Under the pieces are notes generated by a model that saw nothing but the letters and a program-made list of their open reading frames with translations, was not told the origin of the DNA and did no database searches. A stretch of DNA of 64,000 nt from Chrysomallon squamiferum (taxonomy: Eukaryota; Animalia; Mollusca), in the NCBI GenBank assembly GCA_012295275.1, contig CM022666.1, forward strand, positions 248,001 through 312,000, in the 5' to 3' direction. The position numbers and the translations under genes are program-made. This document shows, piece after piece, positions 14,279-30,239 of this stretch. The number at the start of each line of letters is the position of its first letter. Positions within the stretch are counted from its first letter, which is position 1.

Positions 14279-14824
14279 GAGTAAAGAAGAAGAAGAAGAA
14301 GAAGAAGACAAATAATGAAATTTGAATAAACAGGGACGAGCTCTTTTTCAAATGTATTATTATTATTAGTGCCGTAATATATTAATATCAATATGTCTTA
14401 AAAGTAAATTATTATCTTGTACATTATCTAGACATTTAACTCTTTTAAATCGTAACGTTTGTTTTAGCTTTCCATTTCAAATACATTGTTTTCTTTCATT
14501 ACTTTACAGGTTCTTCAAAACAACCTACTGCACCTCAAGGTTTTATATCATTTTATTTCGTGTTAAGAATTATATTACGTTATTGTTTTTGATAAACTAC
14601 ATTTTCTTCCTCTTATCTCAGAAGAAATAATAACTTTACGTAATGATATCGTCTTAAATTCATTACTAACCTTCAAAACTAATATTCATTGAAAAGTTGT
14701 CTAATAAAACATTCAGTATGTTAACTAAGAAAGCATATTTGATCTTACACTAAGTCATTTACTCTATATTATTGTAAGTCATTATCATCAGCATCACCAT
14801 TGTCATTATTAATATTATTATTAA

Positions 14825-14858
<34 letters not shown>

Positions 14859-15958
14859 TTGTTTAGTTATTGTTGAGAAAGCAAGGTTGACAGTATATCC
14901 AAATCCTGTCTATGAAGGCGTACCTATGACAGTTACATGCAGTGTTGGTAACATCACCCAGGTCGAAAGATTAGATATGATTGGATTAAAGAGAAAACTT
15001 GTCAGTGAAGCACAACCAATCCTTATCACTAGAGCTAAAGAAAACGAAAATGGTGGTAAAGCCAGATTAGAAGAGTCAAGTTTAAAATCAACCTCAACAG
15101 TGAGAGGAAAATGTGATAACAATGACAAAACTGGATCTTTCGTGGAAATTAGTTTGTGGACAATGGATATGTCTGGTATAATAAAATACATATGTTTCAT
15201 CAATTACACTGACATATCCGCGGAACTTGTTCAATATGAAACTTCATCCTACATCACAATTCTCAGTGCGTACAAATTTAATTTACCGTAATTACATGGG
15301 TTGTGGTAATAACACATTGATTTCGTTGGACTTAACACACAATGTAAATTTAGATAATTAGTCATTCGTTTCTTTTTTCAAAGTGAGTCTTAATATTATA
15401 TATTTTTCTGTGTTAAATATTTAAGATACTTCAGTCAATACAAAAATAAATAAATAAATAAATAAGGAAATTATATTTTTCTTCAGTCAAAAGAAAAATA
15501 AATAAATAAATAAATAAAAACAATTTAAACTTCAACTTGAATTTTGCTATTTGAAACATCTTCTCTCAGTACTTGACACTAGTTGTCCTGTACGATAACA
15601 ACAAAATTCTATCCAAGACGATCGTTCATTTGATCTAAAATCCACTCTGTTATTAATTATACCTGTTTTGATTTGTCGTACTTTTGTTTTTACTCTTTGA
15701 AGGTAAATATAATTTTATATATTTATATTGTTTCTTTCCAGAAATTGGAAAACCACTGGCTAAACCACATACATGTATGTATTTCATTTAAATTAAGTCA
15801 TGGCTTATATATCTATAATAACGTTTTATGGTAAATTTATCTTTCTATCTTAATCCTGAAACTTTATTTCCAAGAATAATTATTAAGCAGTTTATATTGA
15901 ATCCATGGTCATTTTTTCTTTCCCTCTCTTTTAATATTTGTAAGAAATATTTTAACTG

Positions 15959-16002
<44 letters not shown>

Positions 16003-16021
16003 GTAGTAGTAGTAGTAGTAA

Positions 16022-16059
<38 letters not shown>

Positions 16060-17841
16060 ATAGTTGTAGTAGTAGTAGTAGTAGTTGCAGTAGTAGTAAT
16101 AATAATAATAAACAAATCAGTAAGAGATCAATGTTTAATTTTAAAATCTAAATTATAATTTTTCGCCAGATTTCTCTTTATCTATCTAATCTGTCTCATA
16201 TATATACACACACACACACACATATTTAGCAACAAAGGTAGAGCTGAACGTGAATCCATATCCTGTTAGTGAAGGAATTACAACCAGAATCAAATGCAGT
16301 GTTCTTGATGCAAATAAAATTCAAGAAATATTCAATGTGAAAATAAGGAGGAAGCTGATCAATCAGGACAGTTTTACCGATGTCGCTGTTGCTTACGCTG
16401 GAAAAGATTCTGGTAAAGCTACTCTTATAGACACGGAAATAAAAGGTATAAAATCTGTGACAGGAAAGTGTGACAACAATGACATAGCAGGATCCTTTGT
16501 ACAAATTCTACTGTCACAGATTAGAAAATCTGATTCCGGCATTTACGAGTGTTCTGTCGTTGTTTCTGACTCGAGAGGTTATCAGTCATTTTCTAGTACT
16601 TTCTTTGAGGTCGAAGTTGAAGGTTAGTGAATATATTAGTTTACTTATGTTTAACTACATACGTGCTACAGTTTTGTTGATAATTCCGATATATTTTTGT
16701 GTTTATTAATTTATTTTATTAACTTTTTGTTTGTTTGTAATTACCTTAAATACTGGTTTAAATTTAAGATTCCTTTTTAATTTGCAGATAAATATTTAAC
16801 AGTACAGTCTAGCAACGGTTTGTATATTATTTAATTTTTATTTCCGAATTTTAAATATTTTTTCTTTTTATGACAGTGAAGTAGCATAAATTAGACTGGA
16901 GCAAACGTTTATAGCTTTTTCCCGTGATAGCGACATCAGTACCTCAGTCCAAAAAAGCACAGGCGGATAAGAACCCCCCAGTAGAAATGCAAGGAAGAAC
17001 ACCCCCCTCAAATGAAATATACTAAGGTCCCTGATCTCAGTTTAGTACAATATGATTGTGTATGCATTGATATAAATTCTCTCTTCAAATTGTATCCTTA
17101 ATCTTAATTGTGATTGTTATTTCGTTTTAATTAATTAAGTTGATAATCATTTCATTATTATGCTGATTTTGATACAGATAGGTAGTAAGTATAATTTCAT
17201 AAAGTGGTTGTTCTATCAGGAACTTTTGTCCTACAATAAGTTTCATCTGGGGAGCTTTTGTCCTACCTTGCAAATCTACTGGAGGAAGGGACTTTTATCC
17301 TGGGGTCTTATTTCTTACATTCGTTTTTTCCTCTAAGTGGGATTTAACCTCATTATTTTGTTTGAAACGTGACTCAAATGTAGGATGTATATACATTCTG
17401 AAAGGTGCTCGAATTCGAACATATGTGGTTGAACAAATCTATGTATTAACATCCAAATATTTGAATTTCATTTTAAAAAGCTTATGTCCCAATGCACAGT
17501 AAATATTTCTGCGTTTTATATTTTGCATTTATTATCATTATTAGTATTATTATTAATGTTGTTTTTGTTGTTGTTCTTATTGTCAATACTACTACTACTA
17601 CTATTGTTTTTTCTTGCTAATATATATATTAATATTAGAATTTGAATCAATAAAAATGCGGATGTTTCTATCCAGACGTAAATATTTCTGCGATGAATAT
17701 TTTGCATTTATTAATATTAATATTATTTTTGTTGTTGTTTTTCTTCTTCTTATGACTGTGATTATTATTAATATTATTATTATTATTTTTATTCTTTTGT
17801 TAATATTGCTGTTATTGTTGTTGTACTTATTATTATTATTG

Positions 17842-17895
<54 letters not shown>

Positions 17896-18718
17896 GTATT
17901 ATATAAGTGTTTTTTTTTTTTTTTTTTTTTTTTTTTTGCAGAGGATTCTGTGTCCAGTCTTCCAGTTATCTTGACAGTTCTCGCTGCTATTACTCTTGTT
18001 GTTTTCGTTATATACACAGTGCGAAATAAACGACGTCAAACTAAACGTGATAGTTCCACAAAGAAAAGTATTAATTTTTATTTACATCTGTTTCTTTGAT
18101 CTTAATTGAAATACTACATTTGGTGAATATCAGGGTGTTTGATAGATTACATAGTGGTTAGAATAGTAATAACAGATAGCAGTAATGTGTAGGATATAAT
18201 GTATGCGCTGATTTGTGCATTTCCTTAAATCTAATTTCATTACGATCATTTCTGTCAACGAAAATAATTTGGTATAAACATTGTGAAGGTGGTGGAGTTC
18301 TGATCTTGAGGTCGATGGATGGAAATTGTTTACCTTAATCCATGGAATATGTGAGTCCACTCTGTTGTTTACTATAGAAAATATACGCGTGGCCGTAGTA
18401 TTAAGGTAAACCTTATGGTCAACAGTTTGGTCGTATTAGTAATGATTAAGTTTAGATGGAATTGGTTAAAAGAAGCTATGAACAATGCAAATGTCAACAT
18501 AATGATTCGGTTTCTTTTCCTGTGATAATAATTTTAATTATACAAGATGCAAACTCGCTACGATGCTTTTGCAAGTTTCAAAGTCGAAAGAATCCAGTCT
18601 GATGAGTCATATTTTAATGTTGGAGTTAATTACTTTTCTTACTGCTATAAATGTATTGTTCACTGGTTTCTTTACTACTATTGCTATTGTTATTTTTTCA
18701 CATTATTATTGTTATTTA

Positions 18719-18761
<43 letters not shown>

Positions 18762-18786
18762 ATTGTTCTTATTATTATTAATATTG

Positions 18787-18826
<40 letters not shown>

Positions 18827-19174
18827 CAGCTTTCAGTTAAATAGAATTACTACATGACTTATTTATTGATTTGATAAAAAGCGCTAATTTTAAAATTATG
18901 TATATGATTTCAAAGTGAGAAGAAGTATTTTGTGTACACCACATGGGTAACAAATGTTGATGGTGGAGTTCGAATATGTTACCTTATGTTGACTTCTTTC
19001 TCTAGCCTCTATGGTGGACTGGTCAGTCACCTATTTATTTATACACTATTGTCCACGGTGCAGTGGTCAGTTACGTATTTATTATACACTAATAATTTTG
19101 TTGTCGCTGCTGTTGTTGTTATTGTATTTCTTATGTGTTTTTCTTTTCTTTCAGGTGATGCTGAGACGACATAA
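8543..19174 (+). CDS. G2: complete 5-Ig type-I membrane protein, about 771 aa
   Basis: Exons 8543-8588, 10028-10420, 10622-10651, 12036-12434, 13216-13245, 13647-14033, 14510-14539, 14867-15265, 15742-15774, 16230-16622, 16788-16817, 17942-18067, 19155-19174; total 2316 nt, open to TAA. Confidence 0.82.
10028..10420 (+). CDS. G2 Ig domain A exon (N-terminal, hypervariable)
   Basis: aacag|TTAAAG...CTGA|gtaagt, 393 nt; VRC...IGQYEC. Confidence 0.85.
12036..12434 (+). CDS. G2 Ig domain B exon
   Basis: 399 nt, phase 1-1; IRC...DSAEYIC. Confidence 0.85.
13647..14033 (+). CDS. G2 Ig domain C exon
   Basis: 387 nt, phase 1-1; ITC...DSAQYKC. Confidence 0.85.
14867..15265 (+). CDS. G2 Ig domain D exon
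   Basis: 399 nt, near-identical to 348-746; donor gtgcgt. Confidence 0.85.
16230..16622 (+). CDS. G2 Ig domain E exon
   Basis: 393 nt; IKC...DSGIYEC. Confidence 0.85.
17942..18067 (+). CDS. G2 transmembrane exon
   Basis: 126 nt, near-identical to G1 TM exon. Confidence 0.8.
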
Positions 19175-19561
19175 GCTGTAATTATATTATTACTTTGTTA
19201 TTTTTATTAGAGCTTACAGTGTGCACTTGTCGATAAAACAAATCCTATCTCTATAATGTACTCAAACGCTATTGTTACAATTAAATCATTTAATATATAT
19301 GTGAGACAATATGTTGTAATTCGTTATAAACTGACGTTATAAAATGTATTTGATAGGAATACATTTATTTTACTTTTCTATTCTAAGGTCACGTTAAGCA
19401 GTGTGTGTTGTTATATTAACTTTATCATTTGAGTGTGCCTGCAAGCGACAGGTATAATATGTCAGTCTTTCAAGGTTTCTAAAGTTTACTCATTTCGTTT
19501 CTCTTTAGGTAGAAAAACACAGATAAAGGTACTTACTCGATATGTGGCTGATGTTGCCTCC

Positions 19562-19600
<39 letters not shown>

Positions 19601-21620
19601 TATTCTTATTGTTGTTCTTGTTATTATTTGCTTTTAATTATGTTTTTATTACTATTGCTATTATTACTGTGATTGTTGTTGTTGTTGTTTTTCTTATTAT
19701 TACTGCTATTATTGCTGTTGCTGATTATTATTATTATCATAATAATTATTATTGGTGTTCTTGTTCTATTGTTCTTATTATTATTACTGTTATTTTATTT
19801 TTCCCCTGAATCTCATGAACGAAATCGGTGAATGTATACAAATTTCTTTGTTTTCATTGCTGTTAAATCAGTTATTGTTATGATTATTACTACTATTAAT
19901 ACAGAAAATTTGATTAAAAAAAAAAAATAAATAAATAAATAAATATATAATATAAATAGATAAATAAAAACAAAGAAAGAAAAAAGAGATAGAAGTAGAG
20001 GGGAAAAGAAAAAAGAAAGAAAAAAGAGAATTCATGAAATGACTAGAAATAGAAAATTTAATGGTTAAGGCTGATTATTCTATTTATTTTTTCGTTTTTC
20101 TTTTTTGCTTTTAATAATACTATTGACATAATGAAAATTGTAGGCGACTGGAAAAGTTCTGTACTAGTAAAGAACATTTAACTTTGTTGGGTTTTTTGTC
20201 TTTGTTTTTTTTTCTTCTAGTTCTTTTTTTTTTTTTTTTTTTTTTTGGTTTCTTTTAACTTTTCAATGTCTAACATTTTGCAGAAAAGTAAACTTTATCT
20301 AGCTGTTTAGTACACTGTGACTCAAAGATACCAGGAAGAAAATATCTTCGAGAAAGAGATTGCTGCTAAAAAGAACTGACAGTTTCAACTTTGGTTTTCT
20401 ACAGTTAAATGAAAATCAGTCTTTATGAAATATGCTGACAAAGTGCTTTGTTTTGCTCTTTCGGAGATAGTAATTTTTATTTCTTTTTAACTTTTAGTTT
20501 CCTAGAAATAATGAAAATGAGATTTTTGTAATTAAAACTAACCCTTCAGAAGAATTTTTTAAAGAATACACCTTAATTAAACGTAATCAAGACAAAAATT
20601 GACCTCAATAAGAAGTGTAAAATTCGTTTACATTGTGTTGTTATAAATGTCTTTGGTTTCATTGTTTTCTTCTTAAATTGGGATATGTAATAATAAAACA
20701 GTATTTCATAGTGCTGTCATCTGTAGTTTCCTTTGGCGAGGTAATTCATTTCATTAAGTACTGGAAATATACTTTAATTTTGCTATACTGTAATTTTGCT
20801 TATGTAAGTTTGTTTGGCACAATGTATCACATGAATAGGCATGAGAGATATCGCTGCAAAGTGCTTTTATTACTCTGTTCATTAATGTGTTATAAGTGTA
20901 TGTTCTTGAATATAAGTTGTTCAGAAAAATATTTTATTAATACAACCCAGATATAACGTTTAACTGCCCACTGAACAGCTGGATGTTTGTATTTCATTGT
21001 ACTTACGCAATAACACAGATTGTTCATCAAGAATCAGTTTGTTTTCTCTTCTACAGCTCACAGATATGCCTGAGATTCATTTTGGTTTTTTTCTTAGGTT
21101 CCATTTTTTTTCAGCATTGAGTTACAATGTTAGTCGTAGTAATATTATTAATAATCAAAATCAGCTGTTGAGTACCCAAAGCACTTTTCAATGAGAGAAT
21201 GTTAAAAACAAATGGACAAAAATTTGATGGATGATGAATTATGATGTAATAGTTTTTAAAAATGCTACATGTAATGTTTGGTAAATGGAATTTATCATGA
21301 CGCCTCTAATCAAACAATCACAAATACGACAGTTTTTATATACTTCTGATGTTACTAAAAGCAGATCTCAGTTCAGTTATGTTATATTACAGAAGCATTC
21401 TTACTGGAACGAAATACAGAACCATTAAAGATAGATGTTACATTAATTAGTAGACTAAGCAACAATCGTAAGATTGGTGAGTTCATTTTGATGCAGCTGA
21501 TTTCAAGTGATCGAGTAGGGTGGGGTAAAACGGCAGGTTGGGATCAAACGCGTACCTTTCTCTATTTTAGTATATTTTGTAAAGATCTGTGACGCTGTCG
21601 ATGTTTTGTAATTTAATTTA

Positions 21621-21695
<75 letters not shown>

Positions 21696-21833
21696 AAGAT
21701 GTAGTAGTAGTAGAGAAATAGTTTTATGAATGATATGTATTACTTGTTTACAGATTTAAAACTAAAGAAAAACGACAGTTCCTTGGTAATTCAAATGTTG
21801 TACAGATGTACCGGTGTACTATATCATCAAAAG

Positions 21834-21966
<133 letters not shown>

Positions 21967-23298
21967 CGCTATTTGTTTGTTCCATGAATTTTTATGTTAT
22001 TCATTAAGGCAAATCTGAAAATAAATTGTTATTCTTAATATTATTATTATTATTGATGTTGCTGCTGCTGGATAAACCCAAATGTTGATCAAAATCCATC
22101 ACATTACCCCAAATGTGTATCTATGTTTTTCGTTTTACCAAATTCCAATCGGTTACTCTTATTTTATTGGTATTGGGGAAAATGATCTTTGTTCCATGAA
22201 AATGTGTCGGTTGATGAACATGTTTAAAATAAATTAATAATAGTGACGAATAGTTTGAACTAGCATAAAAAATATTGCAATAAAGACACCAAAGAGGTGA
22301 CTGAATATGGACAGTTTTCTAAATACTAATGAATAAAGAAGAAGGTTAATTTTAGATCGCAACAACAGTTGAGAAATTGAAGTCTTCTGACAGTATATTT
22401 TGGAGTATCAGAAATAAATAAACTAGTCAAAACCTTCACAGATTTTATGCGGTCAAATCGAGATTTTTGAAAACCTGTTCATTTTGTTTAGAAATAATAA
22501 TCTTCAAACAGAATTCGGGAGGTCCTAGCTGCGGAGAATCGACTTGATCTGTCGCTTTGTGACTCGCGAGTGAATAACCACAACTTAATGCGTCGTCCGA
22601 CAGAAAATACCACGGTGACATCTCTCCGATCTAGCGGTGATTGTGTAGTTTCTTTCGGCTACAATTCTACTGCGTTTTTTTAAATATGAAATAATACTCC
22701 TGTGATATATTTCTGAAATGAGTCTGTTGCTTGAAAATAGTCAAGTCACTTTACATATTTTTGTGTGTTTTTTTTGCATCGAGGTTTTCTAGATTCGACA
22801 GATTATTGAAGCTAAGATATTGCTTTTCTGCATGGTCAGGTCTGTTTGCAGGAAAATTACTCGTAGAGTTAACACCAAAAGCGTACAAAGTAATGTATGA
22901 ACAGGATTTGCTATACGTTTGTAGAAACATAACCACAAAGCACTTCTGATTGAAATTAAATGGGTTTTTTGTTGTTGTTTTCTTCACAGTACTCGGTATC
23001 ATTCGAGCAAGAAACACAAAGACAAGACTTCAGGCTTTCTATTCATGCAGATTTTATTCAGATAGTTCCTGAATAGAGTATAAATCAACCACTCAATTTC
23101 AGCATGGCGAACCACAAATACAGGACTTTTTTTAGTACCTACGCTATAGCTTCAAAAATATAAACTTCTCAAGACACAGGGTGGGAGTATACTTTTAGGT
23201 CATGTGAAACCCACGATCTAAATTAATGTGTGACGTGACATCAACGTCACAGATATTTCAAAAGACAGGGTAAATATTCGGGATCGACACATTTCATC

Positions 23299-23344
23299 AT
23301 GTCATACCGGATTTTTTTATTATGTTTTGCAGTTTGGCCAGTAG
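23299..23344 (+). CDS. G3 signal-peptide exon
   Basis: MSYRIFLLCFAVWPV, G|gtaagt. Confidence 0.8.
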
Positions 23345-23373
23345 GTAAGTGAACTGTTAGATCAGTTTGATAA

Positions 23374-23412
<39 letters not shown>

Positions 23413-25031
23413 TGTAGAACAAATAAATATATTAATGAAATAAACACTGAAGCAAATGCTGACGTTTTGTACAAAATTAATTCCTAAATTTACCTTTTCA
23501 AGCAAATGAATAGATGCAAATAACATGTAAATGAATTAAATGAAAACCAATAAATAATAATAATTTTAGCAAAGTATTTATACTGTAACTTAGCCAGTTA
23601 TAAAATGTGGAATTAAAAGAAATAATAATTAAAGAAAAAGAAATTCTACGCCTGTCTATATAAGCAGCAATTATTAATGTTCAACTTTGTTTAGAAACCG
23701 ATGTTAAAAGTAAAACACGATCCAGGAATCAGACATGGCGCGTCTAAGCAAGCAATAACAAATACGCGGGGTTTTAATATACTTTTGGTGCTACTAAAAA
23801 CAGCCAGTCATTTTACGAAATCCGCAAATATGATGTGACAACATATGCGTATCGATATTTTTCAGTCTTTTATTCTTAAAGGATAAGACTTCTCTTTCCA
23901 GAAAAAACTACTGTTTCTGTAAATTTCTCAAATCAGTTAGAAAAGAATTTTAAATATCATGCACAATACTAGTTAATACAAGTGATGATAATGATGATGA
24001 TGATGATGATGATGATGATAATAATAATAATAATGATAATAATAATAAGAATAAGATGAAGGAAAGGAAGACTGATAATTATGTATGACTAAGCATCTGT
24101 GTGAATTAATAAAATAAGAAAAAAGAAGAGCAACAAGAAAAATGAGAGAAATGAATGATGTGCATTATTATTTCTTTTTTCTTCATATTTATTTATTTAT
24201 TTATTTTTATTTATTTATTTATTTTATTTATTTATTTCTCAACAGTTAAAGGACTGATGATGACTGTAAGACCAAATCCTATTTATGAAGGCGATTCTAT
24301 GACAATTAGATGTGATATTGAAGATTTCAACAACATCGATAAGATCTTCGCCTTGACAATAACAAGAAAACCTCTCCGTGCTCAAAATTATACCAGTGTG
24401 TGCGTTGTATACACACAATGGCGCAATAATAGAGCGTTTCTCACTGATGAATCATTAAGATCAGTAACAACAGTAACAGGAAAAATTGACGACGTGAACA
24501 AAGAAGAAAGTTTTTTGCAAGTAGTACTGACACCTGTGACTAGCGATCTTATAGGACAATACCGATGCTTGAATTTGTATAGAGATTCAGCCGTTCACAT
24601 GATATTTGGAAGAGTTTACATGAAAATTAATGTTCTGAGTAAGTGAACAGATTAATATAGCACTTGTTATTAGATTGTCAGGAAATATTTGTTGAGAAAA
24701 AAGATAGACACAAAAAGTTCTTACAGAAAGAAATGAATATATATATAATTTTTTGGATCTTCTTATTTATATACCATGTATGTAGTAGATAGTAGGATCA
24801 TGGCCGTTAATAACCATCAATAAAAATAAAATTAAAGTATAGCATGTTGATACCGTGATTCCTAGTAAAATTAAAACTCTAAAAGGACTGAATTTACACA
24901 TATTTGGTATAAAAACGTTTTCATTTTATTCAAATAAAACACAAATGGATTTTTGTTTACAATATATGATTTGTTTTAAATTTTCAGATGCCGTGTTTCC
25001 AAAGTCTATAATTCGAGGTTTGTATAATTTA

Positions 25032-25072
<41 letters not shown>

Positions 25073-26706
25073 GATAAATTGAGGCGCGGAAAGAGAGAAA
25101 GAAATATATATTTCCTTTTTCTTTTCCTTCTTTTTCTATTTCTTTCTCTGTTTCCGAGCCATTATCTCTCCTTTTTTTTAAATGTTAAAATCTATTTCTC
25201 TCTTACAGTTTTTTGTTTTCTTCTAACTAAAATGAAGCTAGAATATACCTATTCTCATTTAGTGAACATCTAACTGTTGGTCAGAAGTTGCTTTTCAAAC
25301 CTTCACGACAAACTGTAAAATATACAACTTTAAGCATATATTTTAAATAAATATACCTATTCACCTTTTCTAAATCACTCAAGGAAATGTGTAGTGATTA
25401 CTTTGAATGTGTTAATGAATGTCTCGTGTCAAACTATATGTGATAAATACCGTCATCAGTGGGAAACAAAATCGCTGAGAAACGTAACAGTTTCAGATTT
25501 TAACAGTACTGAAAAAATTATTAGAAAAGTTAAACACTTCAACATTTGTTTCCTTAAATATGCACCATTCAGTGCACACGAACTGTGACACAGAGGTACT
25601 TCTGAAAAATGTTACACTCCTCGAGACATGCAAGATAGGTGGTAGAATAATTAGATTGTGGGATGCCTGGCCACTTCAGTGCTCTGTTTTAATGATAACA
25701 TGTATTTCTGTTAATTTTAAAGCCACATACACAAATTTGGTATATATGTTATCAGGATTACAATATTAGTATACTTCCATATTAAAAGTAAGTTTGAACA
25801 AACGGAGAACTAACAATATAATTACCTATGTCCATCTGAATTATTCTGTTGCTCAGTGGAAACACGTTCTCCTCTGTGATTCTAACAGTCTGCCCTAAGA
25901 CCTCTCTAATGTCTGCTATTTTCAAACAGACTAAAAAGGAGAGAGATTTTGTGTTTAGTAAGGAAACATACAGGCTATCATTTCAACTAAACACAAAGAC
26001 TTTCAATAAACAAGTGTCTAACAAATGTGATACATAACTTAGAAATTGAAAATCTAATATTATAGCCAATTTGAGATAAACGATTTTGAAATATTTTATC
26101 TCTACTTGCTTAGTTGTATCCGAAGAAGTAAAACTGACATTAGATTCGAACCCTGCTTACGAAAGGACTCCTCTAGTAATCAGATGTGAACCTGGTACCT
26201 CCGAAGAAGTTGAGGATGTAAGGTCTCTAGTCATAAAAAGAAAATTTCCCGACAATTTTGAACCAATCACTTTAGCTAGTGCTGCGACCAAGAAGGAAAT
26301 GGGTAAAGCCAATATCGAAGACACAGCTTTAGAGCAAATAGCAACTGTTTCAGGATTGTGTGATGGGAGAAACGTAACGAATTCTTATATTGAGCTTATA
26401 CTGCCGGTCATGACTAGCAATGATTCAGCAGAGTACATTTGCCACATTCAATATGAAAACCCAGATGAAGATATTCTTGATTCTAAGGTTTCTAGGAAAA
26501 TCACTGTTGCACGTAAGTAATGAAGTCAGTTTAACCTGATGACTCTCAGTGATACACAGACTGTTTTGTTTTTCTTATGAAACTAAATATTTATAATTTT
26601 GAAAATTTTAGTGAGTAAAATGTTTAAGGTTTGTTTATAAAATATTTTTTTCTTTACAATGTGAAAACTTTACTTTCTTTTCTTTTTTCTATTGTTTTTG
26701 TTATTA

Positions 26707-26747
<41 letters not shown>

Positions 26748-26764
26748 TGTTGTTGTTGTTGTTG

Positions 26765-26798
<34 letters not shown>

Positions 26799-28311
26799 AT
26801 TTTATTTATTTATTTATTTATTTTTTTTTTTCTCATCAAGCTTACATTTCGAATAATTTAATTGCACATCTAAACAATTTCAGGTATTTACATTTATCCC
26901 AATCAACTGTTTAAACATTCACTATAGAAAATTATACACGGAGCAAGCTTCAGTGACCGATCTTTTCTAGAAAGAAATTAAAATAAAAATGTTAACGAAA
27001 TTCTTACTTACTCAGAACTTTGAATATCAATCCGGTTTTTTTTACCTATTCATTGTTTGAACAGTAATATGAGTTGTATTTACTGTTTACTCACAAATGT
27101 CATACTGCAAATGGATGAAACTAGCATACAGAATATGTTCAGCGAGTTTGGTATCTCATAACAATTAAGTAAAAGCTGAATCTTTGATATCTAATAATTG
27201 TTCATTATAAAAGATGGTGGCGTGACTTTGATGAAATGCGATCTTCTGTTCAGAAAATATTTCAGCTGCTCTCTTTACTCATTTGTGTTCTGTGTGAACA
27301 TTCATTTATAACCAGTAAAATCGTTTTAGATAATAGAATGTGACGATGATAAACCAAAGTTTATAATTTTCTCTGTTCTCTTTTACAGCATTATCAGACC
27401 AACACCGAAAGTTCAAGGTATTTTGTATAATTATATGTAATATTTTATAGAACCTTGGTAATTAAATGCAAAGAAGTTTATTAACAACTGAATGTTCTTT
27501 TCAATAAAATGTATTTTAGAATATTCCAGCCTGAAGATTTCAAATATTCAGTTACGTAGCTTAAAACAAACACAATCTGCATCATTATGCACACAAAAAG
27601 ATTTTAAAAAGGAGAAAGAATTAAAAAAAGAAATCAAAACAAATGATATATATAATATATTTTAAATTTAAAATAAAATATTTTTATAAACAATTGTTTT
27701 TCCTCAGTTACTATTGGTATTGTCTGTATGTATGTATGCATGTGTGAGTGCTTGTGTACACATACGGACACGCACACGCACTCACACTCGCACTCATATA
27801 TCGTATGTTTTTAGCTGTGACCGATGTACTGTACATGAAAATACTTCCACATACTGTGTATGAAGGAACTCGTGTGACAATCACATGCAAAATTGCCAGA
27901 ATCGTTGCAGTTCAAAATCTCGAGGATTTTATTCTAAAGCGAAAATTGTTAAATAAAGAGGAAACAACAATAGCTTATGCTTCGACAGTAAAGAACAATG
28001 GCAAAGCCAGCTCGATAGGAAATAATGTACGAAAAGTGACAGGAAAGTGTGAGGACAGTGACAAAAAGGGATCTTTCCTTCAGATTGAACTGCTACCAAT
28101 GAAGATCTCTGATTCAGCACAGTACAAATGTTACTGTCATTATGTGAATGTTTCTGGGCAGCATACGACTTCTGTAATTTATGCAGATGTCACAGTCCAG
28201 AGTAAGTAAATCACATTCTTTTCTTTTTTTCTCAAATGTGAATTCATGAAAAGTATAGAAAGTAGAAACGAAAAATAATTATAATAATGAAAACTGTAAA
28301 TAATAAATAGA

Positions 28312-28369
<58 letters not shown>

Positions 28370-28926
28370 GACGACGACGAAGAAGAAAAAGACAGAATAA
28401 AACATAAAAACGTTGAAATGTGAATAAAACAGGGACGAGCTGCTTTTCAAATGTATTATTATTATTATTATTATTATTATCATTATTATTATTATTAGTA
28501 GTAGTATTATTATGAGTGCCGTAATATATTAATATCAATATGTCTTAAAAATAAATTATTATTTTGTAAATTACCTAGACATTTATGTCTTTTAGATCGT
28601 AATGTTTGTTTTAGCTCTCCGTTTCAAATACATTGTTTTCTTTCATTACTTTTCAGGTTCTTCAAAACAACCTACTGCACCTCAAGGTTTTGTATAATTT
28701 TATTTCGTGTCAAGAATTGTATTACGTTATTCTTTTTGTATTATGTTATTTGTTATTCTTACGTCAGAAGAAACAATATACCTTTATGTAATGATATCTT
28801 CTGAAATTCATTACCAGTCTTCAAAACTAATATTCACTGAGAAATAATATTTAATTTCACAGTTACTCATTTACTCTATATTATTGTAAGTCATTATCAC
28901 CAGCATCACCATCGTCATTATTATTA

Positions 28927-28976
<50 letters not shown>

Positions 28977-30015
28977 TTGTTTAGTTATTGTTGAGAAAGC
29001 AAGGTTGACAGTATATCCAAATCCTGTCTATGAAGGCGTACCTATGACAGTTACATGCAGTGTTGGTAACATCACCCAGGTCGAAAGATTAGATATGATT
29101 GGATTAAAGAGAAAACTTGTCAGTGAAGCACAACCAATCCTTATCACTAGAGCTAAAGGAAACGAAAATGGTGGTAAAGCCAGATTGGAAGAGTCAAGTT
29201 TAAAATCAACCTCAACAGTGAGAGGAAAATGTGACAACAATGACAAAACTGGATCTTTCGTGGAAATTGATATGTGGACAATGAATTTGTCTGGTATAAT
29301 AAAATACATATGTTTCATCAATTACACTGATATATCCGGGGAAATTATTCAGTACGAAACTTCATCCTACATCACAGTTCTCAGTATGTAAATATTTAAT
29401 TTACCGTAATTACATGGGTTGTGGTAATATAAGACATTGATTTCGTTGGACTTAACACACAATGTACATTTAGATAATTAGATATTCAATTCTTTTTTCA
29501 AAGTGAGTCTTAACGTTATATGTTTTTCTTCAGTCAATAGAAAAATAAATAAAAAAGAAATCATTGTGTGAAAAAAACAATTCAAACTTCCACTTGAATT
29601 TTTCTATTTGAAACACCTTTCATCTATTTGACACTAGGTGTCCTGTACTATAACAATAACATTTTCTCCAAGTCGTTCGTTCATATCAACTAAAATCCAA
29701 TGTGTTATTAATTATACCTGTTTTGAATTGTATTTCTGTTTATAGTCTTTGAAGATAAATATAATTATATATATACATATTGTTTCTTTCCAGAGATTGG
29801 AAAACCGTTCGCTAAACCACATAGACGTATGTATTTCATTTAAATTAACTTATAGTTTATATGTCTGTAATAATTTTTTTTTAGTAAATTTATCTCTCAT
29901 AATCTACAAACTTTATTTCCAACAATAGTTGGTGAGTTATTAAGCAGTTTATATTGAATCCACTGTAATGTTTTCTTTCCTTATATTCAATATTTGTAAA
30001 AAATATATTAATTGC

Positions 30016-30087
<72 letters not shown>

Positions 30088-30169
30088 CAACAAATCAGTA
30101 AGAGAGCAATATCTAACTTAAAATCTAAATTATAATTTTTCGCCAAATTTGTATTTCTCTACCTAATCA

Positions 30170-30239
<70 letters not shown>

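Noticed and set aside
18547-18605. Conserved MQT[RH]YDAFASFKVE block, also at 45615
   Set aside because: No conserved acceptor or donor, deleted in G1, and runs into microsatellite; treated as intron
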